From an uncultured Actinomycetes bacterium (GTDB lineage: Bacteria; Actinomycetota; UBA4738; HRBIN12): DNA of 64,000 nucleotides. Of the stretch, positions 17,885-27,668 are shown piece by piece. Both the position numbers and the translations under genes were made by a program. Numbering within the stretch: position 1 is the stretch's first letter; each line of letters starts with the position of its first letter. The stretch spans positions 1,824,001 through 1,888,000 of the forward strand of contig OY969934.1 of the NCBI GenBank assembly GCA_963704725.1. The letters are read 5' to 3'. The notes beneath the pieces are model-generated. The model worked only from the letters and a program-made list of their open reading frames with translations. It did not search any database and had not been told where the DNA came from.

Positions 17885-19218
17885 CCGGCGCGTTCGCGGG
17901 AGAGCGGGCCGTCGTCGTGGGACTCGGCGTGGCCGGCGCCGCGGCCGCCCGCGTCCTGGCCGAGGAGGGTGCCCGGGTCTGGGTCACCGAGACCCGGCCC
18001 GACGTCGAGATCCCGGCGGAGCTCACGGCGCTCGGGATCGAGGTGGCCGCCGGAGGGCACGAGGTCGCCCACCTCGACGGCGCGACGCTCGTGGTGGTGA
18101 GCCCGGGCGTGGCGCCGAGCGCCCCGATCGTGGCGTGGGCACGGGAGCAGGGGCTGCCGGTTTGGGGGGAGCTCGAGCTCGGGGCGCGCCTGGCGCGCGC
18201 GCCGTACCTCGCCGTGACCGGGACGAACGGCAAGACCACAACGACCGGGATGATCGCCGCCTGCCTCCGCGCCGCCGGCGTCGACGCCGTGGCGTGCGGG
18301 AACATCGGGCGTGCCTTCCCCGCGGCCGCGCGCGAGGAGCACGAGGCGCTCGTGGTCGAGTGCTCCTCGTTCCAGCTCGAGACGCAGGTGACGTTTCACC
18401 CGCGCGTGTCGGTGCTCCTGAACGTCGCGGCCGATCACCTCGACTGGCACGGGTCCTTCGAGCGCTACGTGGCCGCCAAGGCCCGGGTGTTCGCCAACCA
18501 GGACGACGGCGACGCGCACGTCGGCAACCGGGACGACGGCCGCGCCGCAGCGCTCTCGCGGAGCGCGCCGTGCGCGACCACGTGGTTCACGCTCGGCGAG
18601 CCGGCGGATGGCGAGGTCGGGTTCGCGGGCGAGGCGATGCTGGCTCCGGGCCGGAGCGAGGAGACGATCGGCGCGCTCCCGTTCGACACGCCGGCGATGC
18701 GGGCCGACGCCGCCGCCTGCGCCGCCGCCTGTTTCGCGTTCGGCGTCGGGACCGAGGCGATCCGCACCGGGCTGGCCGCGTTCGTGCCGGCCCGGCACCG
18801 GGGAGAGAGGGTCGCCGTCGCCGGCGGCGTTCGGTTCGTCGACAACTCCAAGGCGACGAACCCCCACGCCACCCTGGCCGCGGTCGGCGCCGGGCGGGGG
18901 GTCGTGCTGATCGCCGGCGGAGACGCCAAGGGCGTCGACCTGTCGCCGATCGGGGCGCTCGCTGACCGGCTGGCCGGCGTCGTGGCGATCGGGGCCTCGG
19001 GGGCCGAGGTGGTCGGCCTGTTCGACGGGCGGGTGCCGACCCGCAAGGCGGGGTCGATCGAGGAGGCGGCGCGGACCGCCTTCGAGCTCGCCCCGCCGGA
19101 CGGCACCGTGCTGCTCGCCCCGGCCTGTGCGAGCTGGGACATGTTCCGCGACTACGAGGAGCGGGGCGACCGGTTCGCGGCCGAGGCGAGGGCGATCGAG
19201 CGGGAGGTGCGCCGGTGA
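17881..19218 (+). CDS. murD: UDP-MurNAc-L-Ala:D-Glu ligase
   Basis: VSPG, TGTNGKTTT, ECSSFQL, DHLDWH, NSKATN, PACASWDMF. Confidence 0.95.
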   Translation: MTGAFAGERAVVVGLGVAGAAAARVLAEEGARVWVTETRPDVEIPAELTALGIEVAAGGHEVAHLDGATLVVVSPGVAPSAPIVAWAREQGLPVWGELELGARLARAPYLAVTGTNGKTTTTGMIAACLRAAGVDAVACGNIGRAFPAAAREEHEALVVECSSFQLETQVTFHPRVSVLLNVAADHLDWHGSFERYVAAKARVFANQDDGDAHVGNRDDGRAAALSRSAPCATTWFTLGEPADGEVGFAGEAMLAPGRSEETIGALPFDTPAMRADAAACAAACFAFGVGTEAIRTGLAAFVPARHRGERVAVAGGVRFVDNSKATNPHATLAAVGAGRGVVLIAGGDAKGVDLSPIGALADRLAGVVAIGASGAEVVGLFDGRVPTRKAGSIEEAARTAFELAPPDGTVLLAPACASWDMFRDYEERGDRFAAEARAIEREVRR

Positions 19219-20426
19219 GCGCCGAGGCGCTTCCGGCTGGGCGCCCCCGGCATCTGCGGGTCGTCCGCGACCGCGTCGTCGGCGGGACGTCGCGTAGCCG
19301 GGCGGCCACGCGGCGGACGCTGGCGCTGCTCCTGGGCTCCACGGCGTTCCTCGTCGCCGGCGGCCTGATCATGGTGCTGTCCGCGAGCTCCATCTCGGCG
19401 TTCGCCGAACACGGCGATTCCTTCCGGTACTTCCAGCGGCAGGCGGCCTATGCGCTCGTGGGCGTCGGCGCGCTGTGGCTCACCTCGCGGATGCGCTACG
19501 ACGTCTGGCGCCGGCTCGCGCTGCCGTTCCTCGCACTCACCCTGGCCATGCTCGTGCTCGTCCTGCATCCCGCCTCCGGGGTCGAGGTCTACGGCGCGTC
19601 GCGGTGGTTCCAGCTCGGCCCCGTGACGGTGCAGCCGTCCGAGATCGCGAAGCTGTGCCTCGTCGTGTTCGCGGCGGCCGTGCTGTCGAAGAAGTGGGGG
19701 AAGCTGGACGAGGTGGGCCACCTGGCGGTGCCGCTGCTGCCCGTCGGGCTGCTCGTGTGCGGCCTCGTCATGCTGCAGCCGGACCTCGGCACCACCGTGG
19801 TGATCGCGGGGTCCATCCTGCTGCTGCTGTTCGTGGCGGGGGTCCGGCTCCGGTACCTGACGGTGGCGGGCGTGGTGGGTTCCCTGGTGGGGATGGCGCT
19901 GATCCTGTCCGCCGACTACCGACGGGAGCGGTTCCTGGCCTTCCTGCATCCGTGGCAGGACGCGAGGGACAGCGGCTGGCAGCTCGCCCAGTCGCTGATC
20001 GCGTTGGGGTCCGGGGGGCTCACCGGCGTCGGACTCGGCGCGTCCCGCGCCAAGTGGCAGTACGTCCCGAACGCCCACACCGACTTCATCTTCTCGATCC
20101 TCGGCGAGGAGCTCGGGCTGATCGGCGAGGTCGTCGTGCTCGCGGCGTTCGCCGCCTTCATCTTCGCTGGGATCCGCATCGCCGCCGGCGCCCGCGACGT
20201 GTTCGGCCGCCTGCTCGCGGCCGGCGTCGTGTGCTGGTTCGGCCTCCAGACGCTCGTGAACCTGGGCGCCGTGACCGGGCTCCTGCCGATCACCGGCGTG
20301 CCCCTGCCGTTCCTGTCCTACGGCGGGTCCTCGCTCGTGGTCTCGCTGGCGGCCGTGGGCATCCTCGTCAACATCGCGCGCGCGCCGGCGCCGGCCGCAC
20401 ACAAGGGGAGGGCACGGGCGGCGTGA
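19215..20426 (+). CDS. ftsW: SEDS peptidoglycan polymerase FtsW
   Basis: GASRW, QPSEIAK, QPDLGT, AHTDFIF, TGVPLPFLSYGGSS. Confidence 0.96.
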   Translation: MSAEALPAGRPRHLRVVRDRVVGGTSRSRAATRRTLALLLGSTAFLVAGGLIMVLSASSISAFAEHGDSFRYFQRQAAYALVGVGALWLTSRMRYDVWRRLALPFLALTLAMLVLVLHPASGVEVYGASRWFQLGPVTVQPSEIAKLCLVVFAAAVLSKKWGKLDEVGHLAVPLLPVGLLVCGLVMLQPDLGTTVVIAGSILLLLFVAGVRLRYLTVAGVVGSLVGMALILSADYRRERFLAFLHPWQDARDSGWQLAQSLIALGSGGLTGVGLGASRAKWQYVPNAHTDFIFSILGEELGLIGEVVVLAAFAAFIFAGIRIAAGARDVFGRLLAAGVVCWFGLQTLVNLGAVTGLLPITGVPLPFLSYGGSSLVVSLAAVGILVNIARAPAPAAHKGRARAA

Positions 20427-21520
20427 GGGTCCTGATCGCGGGGGGCGGAACGGCGGGGCACGTCTTCCCCGGCCTGGCGGTCGCGCGGCACCTCGCCGCT
20501 CTCGGCCACGACGTGCGCTTCGCCGGCACGGCGGCAGGCCAGGAGGCTCGTCTGGTCCCCGCGGCCGGGTTCGAGCTCGCCGAGGTCGAGGCGGCCCCGC
20601 TCGTGCGCAAGCTCTCCGTCCGCTCCGCGATGGCGCCGGTCGTCGCCGCGCGGTCGGTCGGCCGGTGCCGCCCCCTCGTCGAGTCCGCCGACGTCGTCCT
20701 CGGCATGGGCGGCTACGTCAGCGTGCCCGTGGCGCTCGCGGCGATCCGCGCCCGCCGCCCCCTGGTCCTGCACGAGCAGAACGCGGTTCCGGGGTTGGCG
20801 AACCGGACGTTGGCGCGCCCGGCTCGAGCCGTGGCCGTGGCGTTCGCGGCGGCGGCTCGGGGGTTCCCCCGGCGAGCCCGAACCGTGGTGACCGGCAACC
20901 CCGTCCGCGAGGACGTCCTGGCCGTGCCGGTGGAACGCGAGCGACTGGCGAAGGAGGCGGCGACCGAGCTGGAGCTCGACCCCGACCTTCGGACGGTCGT
21001 CGTCTTCGGAGGGAGCCAGGGGGCCCTGCACCTGAACCGCGCGTTCGTCGAGGCGGTCCGTGGCCTCGCCCGGCGCGACGTGCAGCTGCTGCTGCTGGCC
21101 GGACCCGCGCACGCCGACGCCATCCGGGCGGCGATCTCCTCGGAGGTCCCGGTGCGTGTGCTCGCGTTCCTCGAGCGCATGGACCTCGCGTACGCGATCG
21201 CCGACCTCGTGGTGGCGCGGGCGGGAGCGACCACCGTCGCGGAGGTGTCCGTCTGCGGCATCCCCTCGATCCTGATCCCGTATCCGTACGCGACCGGCCG
21301 GCATCAGGAGGCGAACGCTCGGGTGCTCCAGCGCGCCGGCGCCGCGTCGATCCTCATGGACGACGACCTGGACGGGGCGGTTTTGGCCGAACGCGTCGAA
21401 GCGATGCTCGACGACGAGGCCGGCCTGCGGGCGATGGGCCGGCGCGCAGCGGAGTGGTCCCGGCCGGACGCCGCGACGGCGGTGGGAGAGGTCGTGCTGA
21501 ACGCGGGGGCGGCGGGATGA
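20423..21520 (+). CDS. murG: Lipid I GlcNAc transferase
   Basis: GGGTAGHVFP, HEQNAVPGLAN, GNPVR, GGSQGA, HQEANA. Confidence 0.96.
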   Translation: MRVLIAGGGTAGHVFPGLAVARHLAALGHDVRFAGTAAGQEARLVPAAGFELAEVEAAPLVRKLSVRSAMAPVVAARSVGRCRPLVESADVVLGMGGYVSVPVALAAIRARRPLVLHEQNAVPGLANRTLARPARAVAVAFAAAARGFPRRARTVVTGNPVREDVLAVPVERERLAKEAATELELDPDLRTVVVFGGSQGALHLNRAFVEAVRGLARRDVQLLLLAGPAHADAIRAAISSEVPVRVLAFLERMDLAYAIADLVVARAGATTVAEVSVCGIPSILIPYPYATGRHQEANARVLQRAGAASILMDDDLDGAVLAERVEAMLDDEAGLRAMGRRAAEWSRPDAATAVGEVVLNAGAAG

Positions 21521-22938
21521 GCGCCTACGTGGCCCGGCCCGGGACGATCCCCACGCTCGACGTCCCGGACCTGTCGGCCGTGCGCCGCGTCCACATGATC
21601 GGCGTGGGCGGGGCCGGGATGCGGAACCTGGCCCGCCTGTTCCTCGCGCGGGGCATCGGCGTGACCGGTTCCGACATGAAGGACTCCAAAGGTCTGGCCG
21701 AGCTCGCCCGGTCCGGGGCGTCGGTGTCGGTGGGCCACGCCGCGGAGCAGGTCGGCGACGCCGACGCCGTCGTGATCTCGAGCGCGATCCGCGAGAGCAA
21801 CCCCGAGCTCGTCCAGGCCCGCCGTCGCGGCATCCCGGTCTGGATGCGAGCGCAGGCGCTCGCCGCGGCCGCCGCCGAGCATCGGGCGATCGCGGTCGCC
21901 GGAACGCACGGCAAGACCACCACCACCTCGATGGTGGCCCTGGTCCTGGAGCGGGCGGGGCTCGATCCCACGTACGTGATCGGCGGCGACCCCAACGAGA
22001 CCGGCAGCGGGGGGCGCTCCGGTCGCGGCGACCTGTTCGTCGCCGAGGCCGACGAGAGCGACGGCTCCTTCCTGTTGATGCGCCCCGCGGTGGGGATCGT
22101 GACGAACGTCGAGCTCGATCACGTCGACTTCTTCCCGGGGGGTCTCGCCGAGATCGAGAGCGCGTTCACCGCCTTCGCGGAGCGGTGCCGTCACGTCGTC
22201 GTGTGCGCCGACGACGAACGGGCGGTTCGCTCGGTGCTCGCTGCGGGCGTGCCCACGACCACGTATGGCACGGCCGAAGGCGCGGACGTTCGTCTCCGTG
22301 TGGGATCCGCGGGACCGGGCGGGGCCACCGGCGAGCTCACCGTGGGGGCCGAGCGTCTCGCCCTCCGGCTCCCGGTCGACGGGGCCCACAACCTCCTGAA
22401 CGCCGCCGCCGCGGTGGCGTCGGCGATGGAGGTCGGGGTCCGGCCGGCGGTCGCGGTGGAGGCCCTGACCGGATTCGCCGGGGTGCACCGCCGCTTCGAG
22501 CTCCGGGGCTCGGTCCGGGGCGCCGACTTCTACGACGACTACGGCCACGTGCCGACCGAGCTCGCCGTGACGCTCGGCGTGGCCCGCCGAACCGGCCCGC
22601 GCCGGCTGGTCGCGGTCTTCCAGCCGCACCGGTACGCCAGGACGCAGGCGCTGTGGCGGGAGCTCGGCGAGAGCCTCGTCGAGGCGGACCTCGTCGTGGT
22701 CACCGACGTGTACGGAGCCGCGCAGGATCCGATCCCCGGCGTGACGGGCAAGCTCGTCGTTCGCGGGATCGGCGCGGCCGCGCCGAGCAAGCGCGTGGTC
22801 TACCTCCCACACCGGGGCGACGTCGTCGAGTTCTTGGACCGAGAGGTCCGGGCCGGCGACCTGGTGATCACGATGGGGTGCGGCGACGTCTGGATGCTCG
22901 GCGACGCCGCCCTGGAGCGGATCTCGGGGTCGGCGTGA
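21517..22938 (+). CDS. murC: UDP-MurNAc:L-Ala ligase
   Basis: GVGGAGM, GTHGKTTT, EADESDGSF, DDYGHVPTE, FQPHRY. Confidence 0.96.
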   Translation: MSAYVARPGTIPTLDVPDLSAVRRVHMIGVGGAGMRNLARLFLARGIGVTGSDMKDSKGLAELARSGASVSVGHAAEQVGDADAVVISSAIRESNPELVQARRRGIPVWMRAQALAAAAAEHRAIAVAGTHGKTTTTSMVALVLERAGLDPTYVIGGDPNETGSGGRSGRGDLFVAEADESDGSFLLMRPAVGIVTNVELDHVDFFPGGLAEIESAFTAFAERCRHVVVCADDERAVRSVLAAGVPTTTYGTAEGADVRLRVGSAGPGGATGELTVGAERLALRLPVDGAHNLLNAAAAVASAMEVGVRPAVAVEALTGFAGVHRRFELRGSVRGADFYDDYGHVPTELAVTLGVARRTGPRRLVAVFQPHRYARTQALWRELGESLVEADLVVVTDVYGAAQDPIPGVTGKLVVRGIGAAAPSKRVVYLPHRGDVVEFLDREVRAGDLVITMGCGDVWMLGDAALERISGSA

Positions 22939-23867
22939 GCGACGGGCTCGAGCGGGCCGAGGCCGTCCTGCGCGCCGCGTGCGGCGACCGGGTGCGGACG
23001 GGATTCCGGCTCGCGCCGCTCACCACGTTCCGGATCGGAGGACCGGCCGCGCTGTTCCTGGAGCCCGAGTCCGAGGGCGACCTCGTGGCGTCGGCGGAGG
23101 CCGTTCGCGCCGGGGGCGTCCCCTTCGTCGTCCTCGGCAAAGGCTCCAACGTGCTCGTCGCGGACGAGGGGTTCCCCGGCCTCGTCCTGCGCCTGGGGCG
23201 GGGGTTCCGATGGGCGGCACGCGAGGGTGAGCGGCTTCGCGCCGGCGCGGCGATGCCCTTCCCGGCGCTCGCCGGGGTCGCCCTGTCCCACGGGCTGTCT
23301 GGGCTCGAGTTCGCCGTGGCCATCCCCGGGAGCGTGGGGGGAGCGGTTCGGATGAACGCCGGCGCGCACGGAGCCGAGTTGGCGGACGTCCTGGAGACGA
23401 TCGAGGTCTTCGAGCTCGAGCAGGGGCGGAGGCGGGCGATCCCGGTGGCCGAGGCCGGCTTCGCCTATCGGCGATCCGCGCTCCCGAGCGATGCCGTGGT
23501 GGTGGGCGCGACCGTCTCGCTCACGCCGGCCGACCGAGAGACGGTGCGCGCGAAGATGGACGACGCGCGGGAGCAGCGTCGGCGGACCCAGCCGCTCGCC
23601 GAGGCCAACTGCGGGAGCGTCTTCAAGAACCCGCCGGGAGACCACGCCGGCCGGCTCATCGACGAGGCGGGAGGCAAGGGCCTCCGCGTCGGCGGGGCGT
23701 CGATCTCCACGAAGCATGCGAACTTCATCGTCACGGCGGAGGGCGCCCGGGCGATGGACGTCCTCGAGCTGATCCGATCCGTGCAGGAGCTCGTCGCGGC
23801 CCGCTCCGGCATCCGACTCGAACCGGAGGTGCATCTCGTTGGCGACCTCGATCCCGCGTCGCGCTGA
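22935..23867 (+). CDS. murB: UDP-GlcNAc-enolpyruvate reductase
   Basis: TTFRIGGPA, GKGSN, IPGSVGGAVRMNAGA, GSVFKNP, KHANF, LEPEV. Confidence 0.95.
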   Translation: MSDGLERAEAVLRAACGDRVRTGFRLAPLTTFRIGGPAALFLEPESEGDLVASAEAVRAGGVPFVVLGKGSNVLVADEGFPGLVLRLGRGFRWAAREGERLRAGAAMPFPALAGVALSHGLSGLEFAVAIPGSVGGAVRMNAGAHGAELADVLETIEVFELEQGRRRAIPVAEAGFAYRRSALPSDAVVVGATVSLTPADRETVRAKMDDAREQRRRTQPLAEANCGSVFKNPPGDHAGRLIDEAGGKGLRVGGASISTKHANFIVTAEGARAMDVLELIRSVQELVAARSGIRLEPEVHLVGDLDPASR

Positions 23868-24576
23868 CCCGGCTCGCCGTTCGGGCCTCGCATTCTGGGT
23901 CCTGCTGTCGATCGCCGTCGTGACCCTGGGGGTCGGCATGGTGCTGCTGTCCCGGTCCTCGATGCTCCACGCGCGGGACGTGGAGGTCACCGGGGCGTCG
24001 CATCTGTCGCGGGCGGAGATCGTGGAGACGGCGGCCGTGTCGAAGAAGTCGAACGTGCTGTGGCTGGACGAAGGCGCCGCCGAACGACGGCTCGAAGCCG
24101 ACGTATGGATCGCGGACGCGGACGTCCACGTGGCCCTGCCGTGGACGATCGAGATCGCCGTCGTGGAGCGAACGCCCATCGCCGTGGCGAGCGACGGGAC
24201 GCTGCAGACGCTCGTCGCCGCGGACGGGACCACGCTGGGGCCCGCCGGCCACTCGCAGGGCCTGGTCCGCATCGCGCTTCCTCCGCGAGTGATGCTCGAC
24301 GGTGGCAGCGAGTCGCCTCGCGGCGCCGCGCTCGCCCTCGGCTCGATGCCGGAGGAGCTGCGGGCCCAGGTCTCGTCGGTGACGGTGGCCGTGGGTGGAT
24401 CGCTGGAGGTTCGGCTTCGAGGCGGGGTCTCCGTCCGGTACGGCTCGGCCACCGAGGTTTGGCGCAAGGCCGAGATCCTGGGGCAGATCCTGGAGTGGGC
24501 AACGGCGCTCGGAGAGGCCGTGGCGAAGGTCGACCTGGTCGCGCCCGAGGCGCCGGCGGTCGTGCTGGCCTCGTAG
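23839..24576 (+). CDS. ftsQ: Cell division protein FtsQ/DivIB
   Basis: One TM, POTRA-like region, IAVVERTP; lies before ftsZ. Confidence 0.85.
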   Translation: MATSIPRRADPARRSGLAFWVLLSIAVVTLGVGMVLLSRSSMLHARDVEVTGASHLSRAEIVETAAVSKKSNVLWLDEGAAERRLEADVWIADADVHVALPWTIEIAVVERTPIAVASDGTLQTLVAADGTTLGPAGHSQGLVRIALPPRVMLDGGSESPRGAALALGSMPEELRAQVSSVTVAVGGSLEVRLRGGVSVRYGSATEVWRKAEILGQILEWATALGEAVAKVDLVAPEAPAVVLAS

Positions 24577-24628
24577 TCGCGGGGTTCGGGAACTGTCACC
24601 CGTTCGTGCAATCGCCGTTCGTCGTCTA

Positions 24629-24712
24629 TTGACGGACCTGCGGTTTACGAGTAGCGTGCCGTATCAACGTGAAGTAGATATAACAATGAACTTCCAGTTG
24701 ACGTTTACGGTT
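24629..24712 (+). promoter_or_regulatory. ftsZ promoter plus imperfect palindromic operator
   Basis: TTGACG (24629-24634)-17-TAGCGT (24652-24657); AT-rich AACAATGAACTTCCAGTTGACGTTTACGGTT at 24682-24712. Confidence 0.65.
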
Positions 24713-24830
24713 CAAGCACGACACGGCACCATGACGAGACACGATCCACAGGAGAGGTTCAGGGAGACAGTACGGCGTTTCCCCAGGTAGTCCGGGGGGC
24801 ATCACCACCCGGGGAGCGGAGGTCGCAGTG

Positions 24831-26003
24831 ATGGATTCTCCTCAGAACTACCTCGCCGTCATCAAGGTCATCGGCATCGGCGGCGGGGGCGTCAACGCGG
24901 TCAACCGCATGATCGAGGGCGGGCTGCGGGGCGTCGAGTTCATCGCGGTCAACACCGACGCGCAGACCCTGTTGATGTCCGACGCGGAGGTGAAGCTCGA
25001 CATCGGACGGGAGACCACGCGAGGACTGGGCGCGGGGTCGGACCCGGACGTCGGTCGCCGCGCGGCCGACGAGCACGCCGACGAGATCGAGGAGATCCTC
25101 AAGGGCTCGGACATGGTCTTCATCACCGCCGGCGAAGGTGGCGGGACGGGGACCGGAGGCGCGCCGATCGTGGCCGAGCTCGCCCGGAACCTGGGCGCGC
25201 TGACGATCGGCGTCGTGACCCGTCCGTTCGGGTTCGAGGGGCGCAAGCGCGCCACGCAGGCCGACATGGGGATCAGCGACCTGAAGAAGGCCGTGGACAC
25301 CCTCATCGTGGTTCCCAACGACCGACTGCTCCAGGTGTCGGAGCCGCAGACGCCGATGGTCGACGCATTCCGCATGGCGGACCAGGTGCTGTTCCAAGGC
25401 GTCGACGGCATCACCTCGCTCATCACGACGCCCGGGCTGATCAACCTCGACTTCGCGGACGTCAAGTCCGTGATGACCGGCGCCGGCTCGGCGCTCATGG
25501 GGATCGGTCACGGTTCGGGAGACGACCGAGCGGAGGAGGCGGCGAAGGCGGCCATCAGCTCTCCGCTCCTCGAGTCCTCGATCGAGGGCGCCCGTGGCGT
25601 CCTGCTGTCGATCTCGGGGCCGACCGACCTGACGCTGCACGAGGTCAACAAGGCGGCCGACCACATCACGAGGGTGGCGCACCCCGACGCGAACATCATC
25701 TTCGGCGCCGTTGTCGACGACGCGCTCGGGGAGGAGGTCCGCGTCACCGTCATCGCGGCGGGATTCGACAAGCTCATGGCCGCGCCGACCGGCGTGCAGT
25801 TCGAGAGCCGTCTGTCCCGCCTGCTGGAGGAGCCCGAGGGCCTGCGCCCCGAGCCGATGCCGGCGCCGGCGGCCGAGGGGGTTCGCGAGCCCGTGCCCTC
25901 GATCCTGGTCGAGGAGGAGGACGAGATCTTCCGACAGACGCCCGAACCCGTGTCCTTCGACGCCGAGGAGGACCTGGACATCCCGGACTTCCTGAAGAGC
26001 TAG
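24831..26003 (+). CDS. ftsZ: Cell division protein FtsZ
   Basis: [26 protein letters not shown]-terminal LDIPDFLK. Confidence 0.98.
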   Translation: MDSPQNYLAVIKVIGIGGGGVNAVNRMIEGGLRGVEFIAVNTDAQTLLMSDAEVKLDIGRETTRGLGAGSDPDVGRRAADEHADEIEEILKGSDMVFITAGEGGGTGTGGAPIVAELARNLGALTIGVVTRPFGFEGRKRATQADMGISDLKKAVDTLIVVPNDRLLQVSEPQTPMVDAFRMADQVLFQGVDGITSLITTPGLINLDFADVKSVMTGAGSALMGIGHGSGDDRAEEAAKAAISSPLLESSIEGARGVLLSISGPTDLTLHEVNKAADHITRVAHPDANIIFGAVVDDALGEEVRVTVIAAGFDKLMAAPTGVQFESRLSRLLEEPEGLRPEPMPAPAAEGVREPVPSILVEEEDEIFRQTPEPVSFDAEEDLDIPDFLKS

Positions 26004-26005
26004 GG

Positions 26006-26084
26006 GTCGTGGGGACGGAGACGATCGAGGGTCGAGAGGCGTCCTTCCCCCGCCTCTGGGCCCGGTCTCCGTCCCCGCCACGAC
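26006..26084. repeat. Long hairpin after ftsZ with CCTTCCCC apical loop
   Basis: 12-bp IR 26011-26022/26065-26076; inner 7-bp IR 26035-26041/26051-26057. Confidence 0.65.
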
Positions 26085-26155
26085 GCGCGTCGGCTCCTCC
26101 GCATCTGTTGTTCCTGTCATCGGTTGTTGATCTCTGTTAGCTTGCGTGGTCCCCG

Positions 26156-26845
26156 ATGCCGCGTTCGGAAGAGACCGTGCTCGACAACCTCGCCACCATC
26201 CGAGGCCGGCTCGCGAAGGCGTGCGAGCGCGCCGGCCGCGACGCCTCGAGCGTCCGGCTCGTGGCGATCGGCAAGACGGTGGAGGCCGAGGCGCTGGGAT
26301 GGGTCCGGTCGGCGGGCGTGCAGGACCTGGGCGAGAACTACGTGCGAGAGCTGCGCGCCAAGCGCGAGACGGTCCCCGACGTTCGGTGGCACTTCGTCGG
26401 CACGATCCAGGCCAGCGGGGCGCACCACGTGGCCGAGCTGGCGGACGTCGTGCAGACCGTGGTTCCGGGACGGGCGATGGCTCGGCTGGGCCGCCGCGCC
26501 GCCGAGCGGGGCCGGACCCTGACGGCGCTCGTCGAGGTGGACTTCACGGGCGAGAGGGTCGGCGTGGCTCCCGGCGACGTGGTGGAGGCGTGTGAGGCGG
26601 TCGCTCGGACCGAGGGGCTCGACCTCCGCGGCCTCATGACCGTGCCGCCGGTGACGCGGACCGCGGAGGAGGCCCGGCCGTACTTCCGCCGGTTGCGGGA
26701 GCTCCTGGCGCCGGTCGCCGAGCGCCATCCCGGGGCCGCCGAGCTCTCCATGGGAATGTCGCTCGATTACCAGGTTGCGGTGGAGGAAGGCGCTACGATG
26801 GTTCGGATCGGGACCGCGCTCTTCGGGGCGCGGCCTTCCGCGTAA
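26156..26845 (+). CDS. yggS: YggS/YlmE PLP homeostasis protein
   Basis: LVAIGK, GENYVRE, WHFVG, GLMT, LSMGMS..GATMVRIGT. Confidence 0.93.
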   Translation: MPRSEETVLDNLATIRGRLAKACERAGRDASSVRLVAIGKTVEAEALGWVRSAGVQDLGENYVRELRAKRETVPDVRWHFVGTIQASGAHHVAELADVVQTVVPGRAMARLGRRAAERGRTLTALVEVDFTGERVGVAPGDVVEACEAVARTEGLDLRGLMTVPPVTRTAEEARPYFRRLRELLAPVAERHPGAAELSMGMSLDYQVAVEEGATMVRIGTALFGARPSA

Positions 26846-26856
26846 GGAGGGACGTG

Positions 26857-27336
26857 ATGCCTGGCGTGTGGAAGAAGACGCTCACGTACCTGGGACTGGT
26901 CGAGGACGACGAGTTCGAGGAGCTCGACGAGGTCTCCGCGCAGCCCGAACAGGCCGAGATCCGGCGCTTCCAGCGCCCCCAGGCCGTGCGGGAGGTCGCC
27001 TTCGAGGCGGAGCACGATGGCATCGTCCGGACGATCTCGTCCACCCGCGCGGCGACGGCGGGCTCGATCCACAAGTCGGAGCCGCGCCGGTTCAACGAGG
27101 CCCGCGACATCGCCGACCGCTTCAAGGACGGCGTTCCGGTGATCATGAACCTGCAAAGCACCGACGACACGATCGCGCGCCGTCTGGTGGACTTCGCCTC
27201 GGGCCTCGTGTACGGGCTCGACGGCAAGATCGAGATGGTGGCCAATCGTGTGTACCTGCTGACGCCGGGAGGCGTCGACGTGTCGGCCGAGGACCGCGAG
27301 CGGATCGCCGGCGGCGACCTCTACAACCAGTTCTGA
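26857..27336 (+). CDS. sepF: Cell division protein SepF
   Basis: YLGL amphipathic start, PVIMNL, RLVDFASGL, YLLTP. Confidence 0.94.
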   Translation: MPGVWKKTLTYLGLVEDDEFEELDEVSAQPEQAEIRRFQRPQAVREVAFEAEHDGIVRTISSTRAATAGSIHKSEPRRFNEARDIADRFKDGVPVIMNLQSTDDTIARRLVDFASGLVYGLDGKIEMVANRVYLLTPGGVDVSAEDRERIAGGDLYNQF

Positions 27337-27358
27337 CGAGGGATCCGCGACCTTCCGG

Positions 27359-27655
27359 ATGATCGCGCAACAACAGGGCAATCCAGGGCTCGACATCGTC
27401 TGCATCGTCCTGACGGTCTTCTGGGTCGTGCTCCTGATCCGCGTCATCGTGTCGTGGGCCTACCTGTTCGGCTTCCGCCCCCCGTTGACCGGACCGCTGC
27501 GCAAGGTCCTGGATCTGCTCGAGGACGTCACCGAACCCGTCCTCAAGCCGCTGCGAGCTGTGATCCCGCCGGTGCGGGCCGGCGGGATGGGCCTCGATCT
27601 GTCCATCCTCGTAGCGTTCGTTATCCTGATCGTTCTGCAGCAGGCGTTCTGCTGA
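27359..27655 (+). CDS. YggT/YlmG (SepG) membrane protein
   Basis: IRVIVSW, VTEPVLKPLRAVIPP, LDLS. Confidence 0.9.
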   Translation: MIAQQQGNPGLDIVCIVLTVFWVVLLIRVIVSWAYLFGFRPPLTGPLRKVLDLLEDVTEPVLKPLRAVIPPVRAGGMGLDLSILVAFVILIVLQQAFC

Positions 27656-27668
27656 CGGGGGGAAGGCG

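Noticed and set aside
24577-24830. Missing ftsA
   Set aside because: Normal for Actinomycetota, where SepF serves as the FtsZ membrane anchor.
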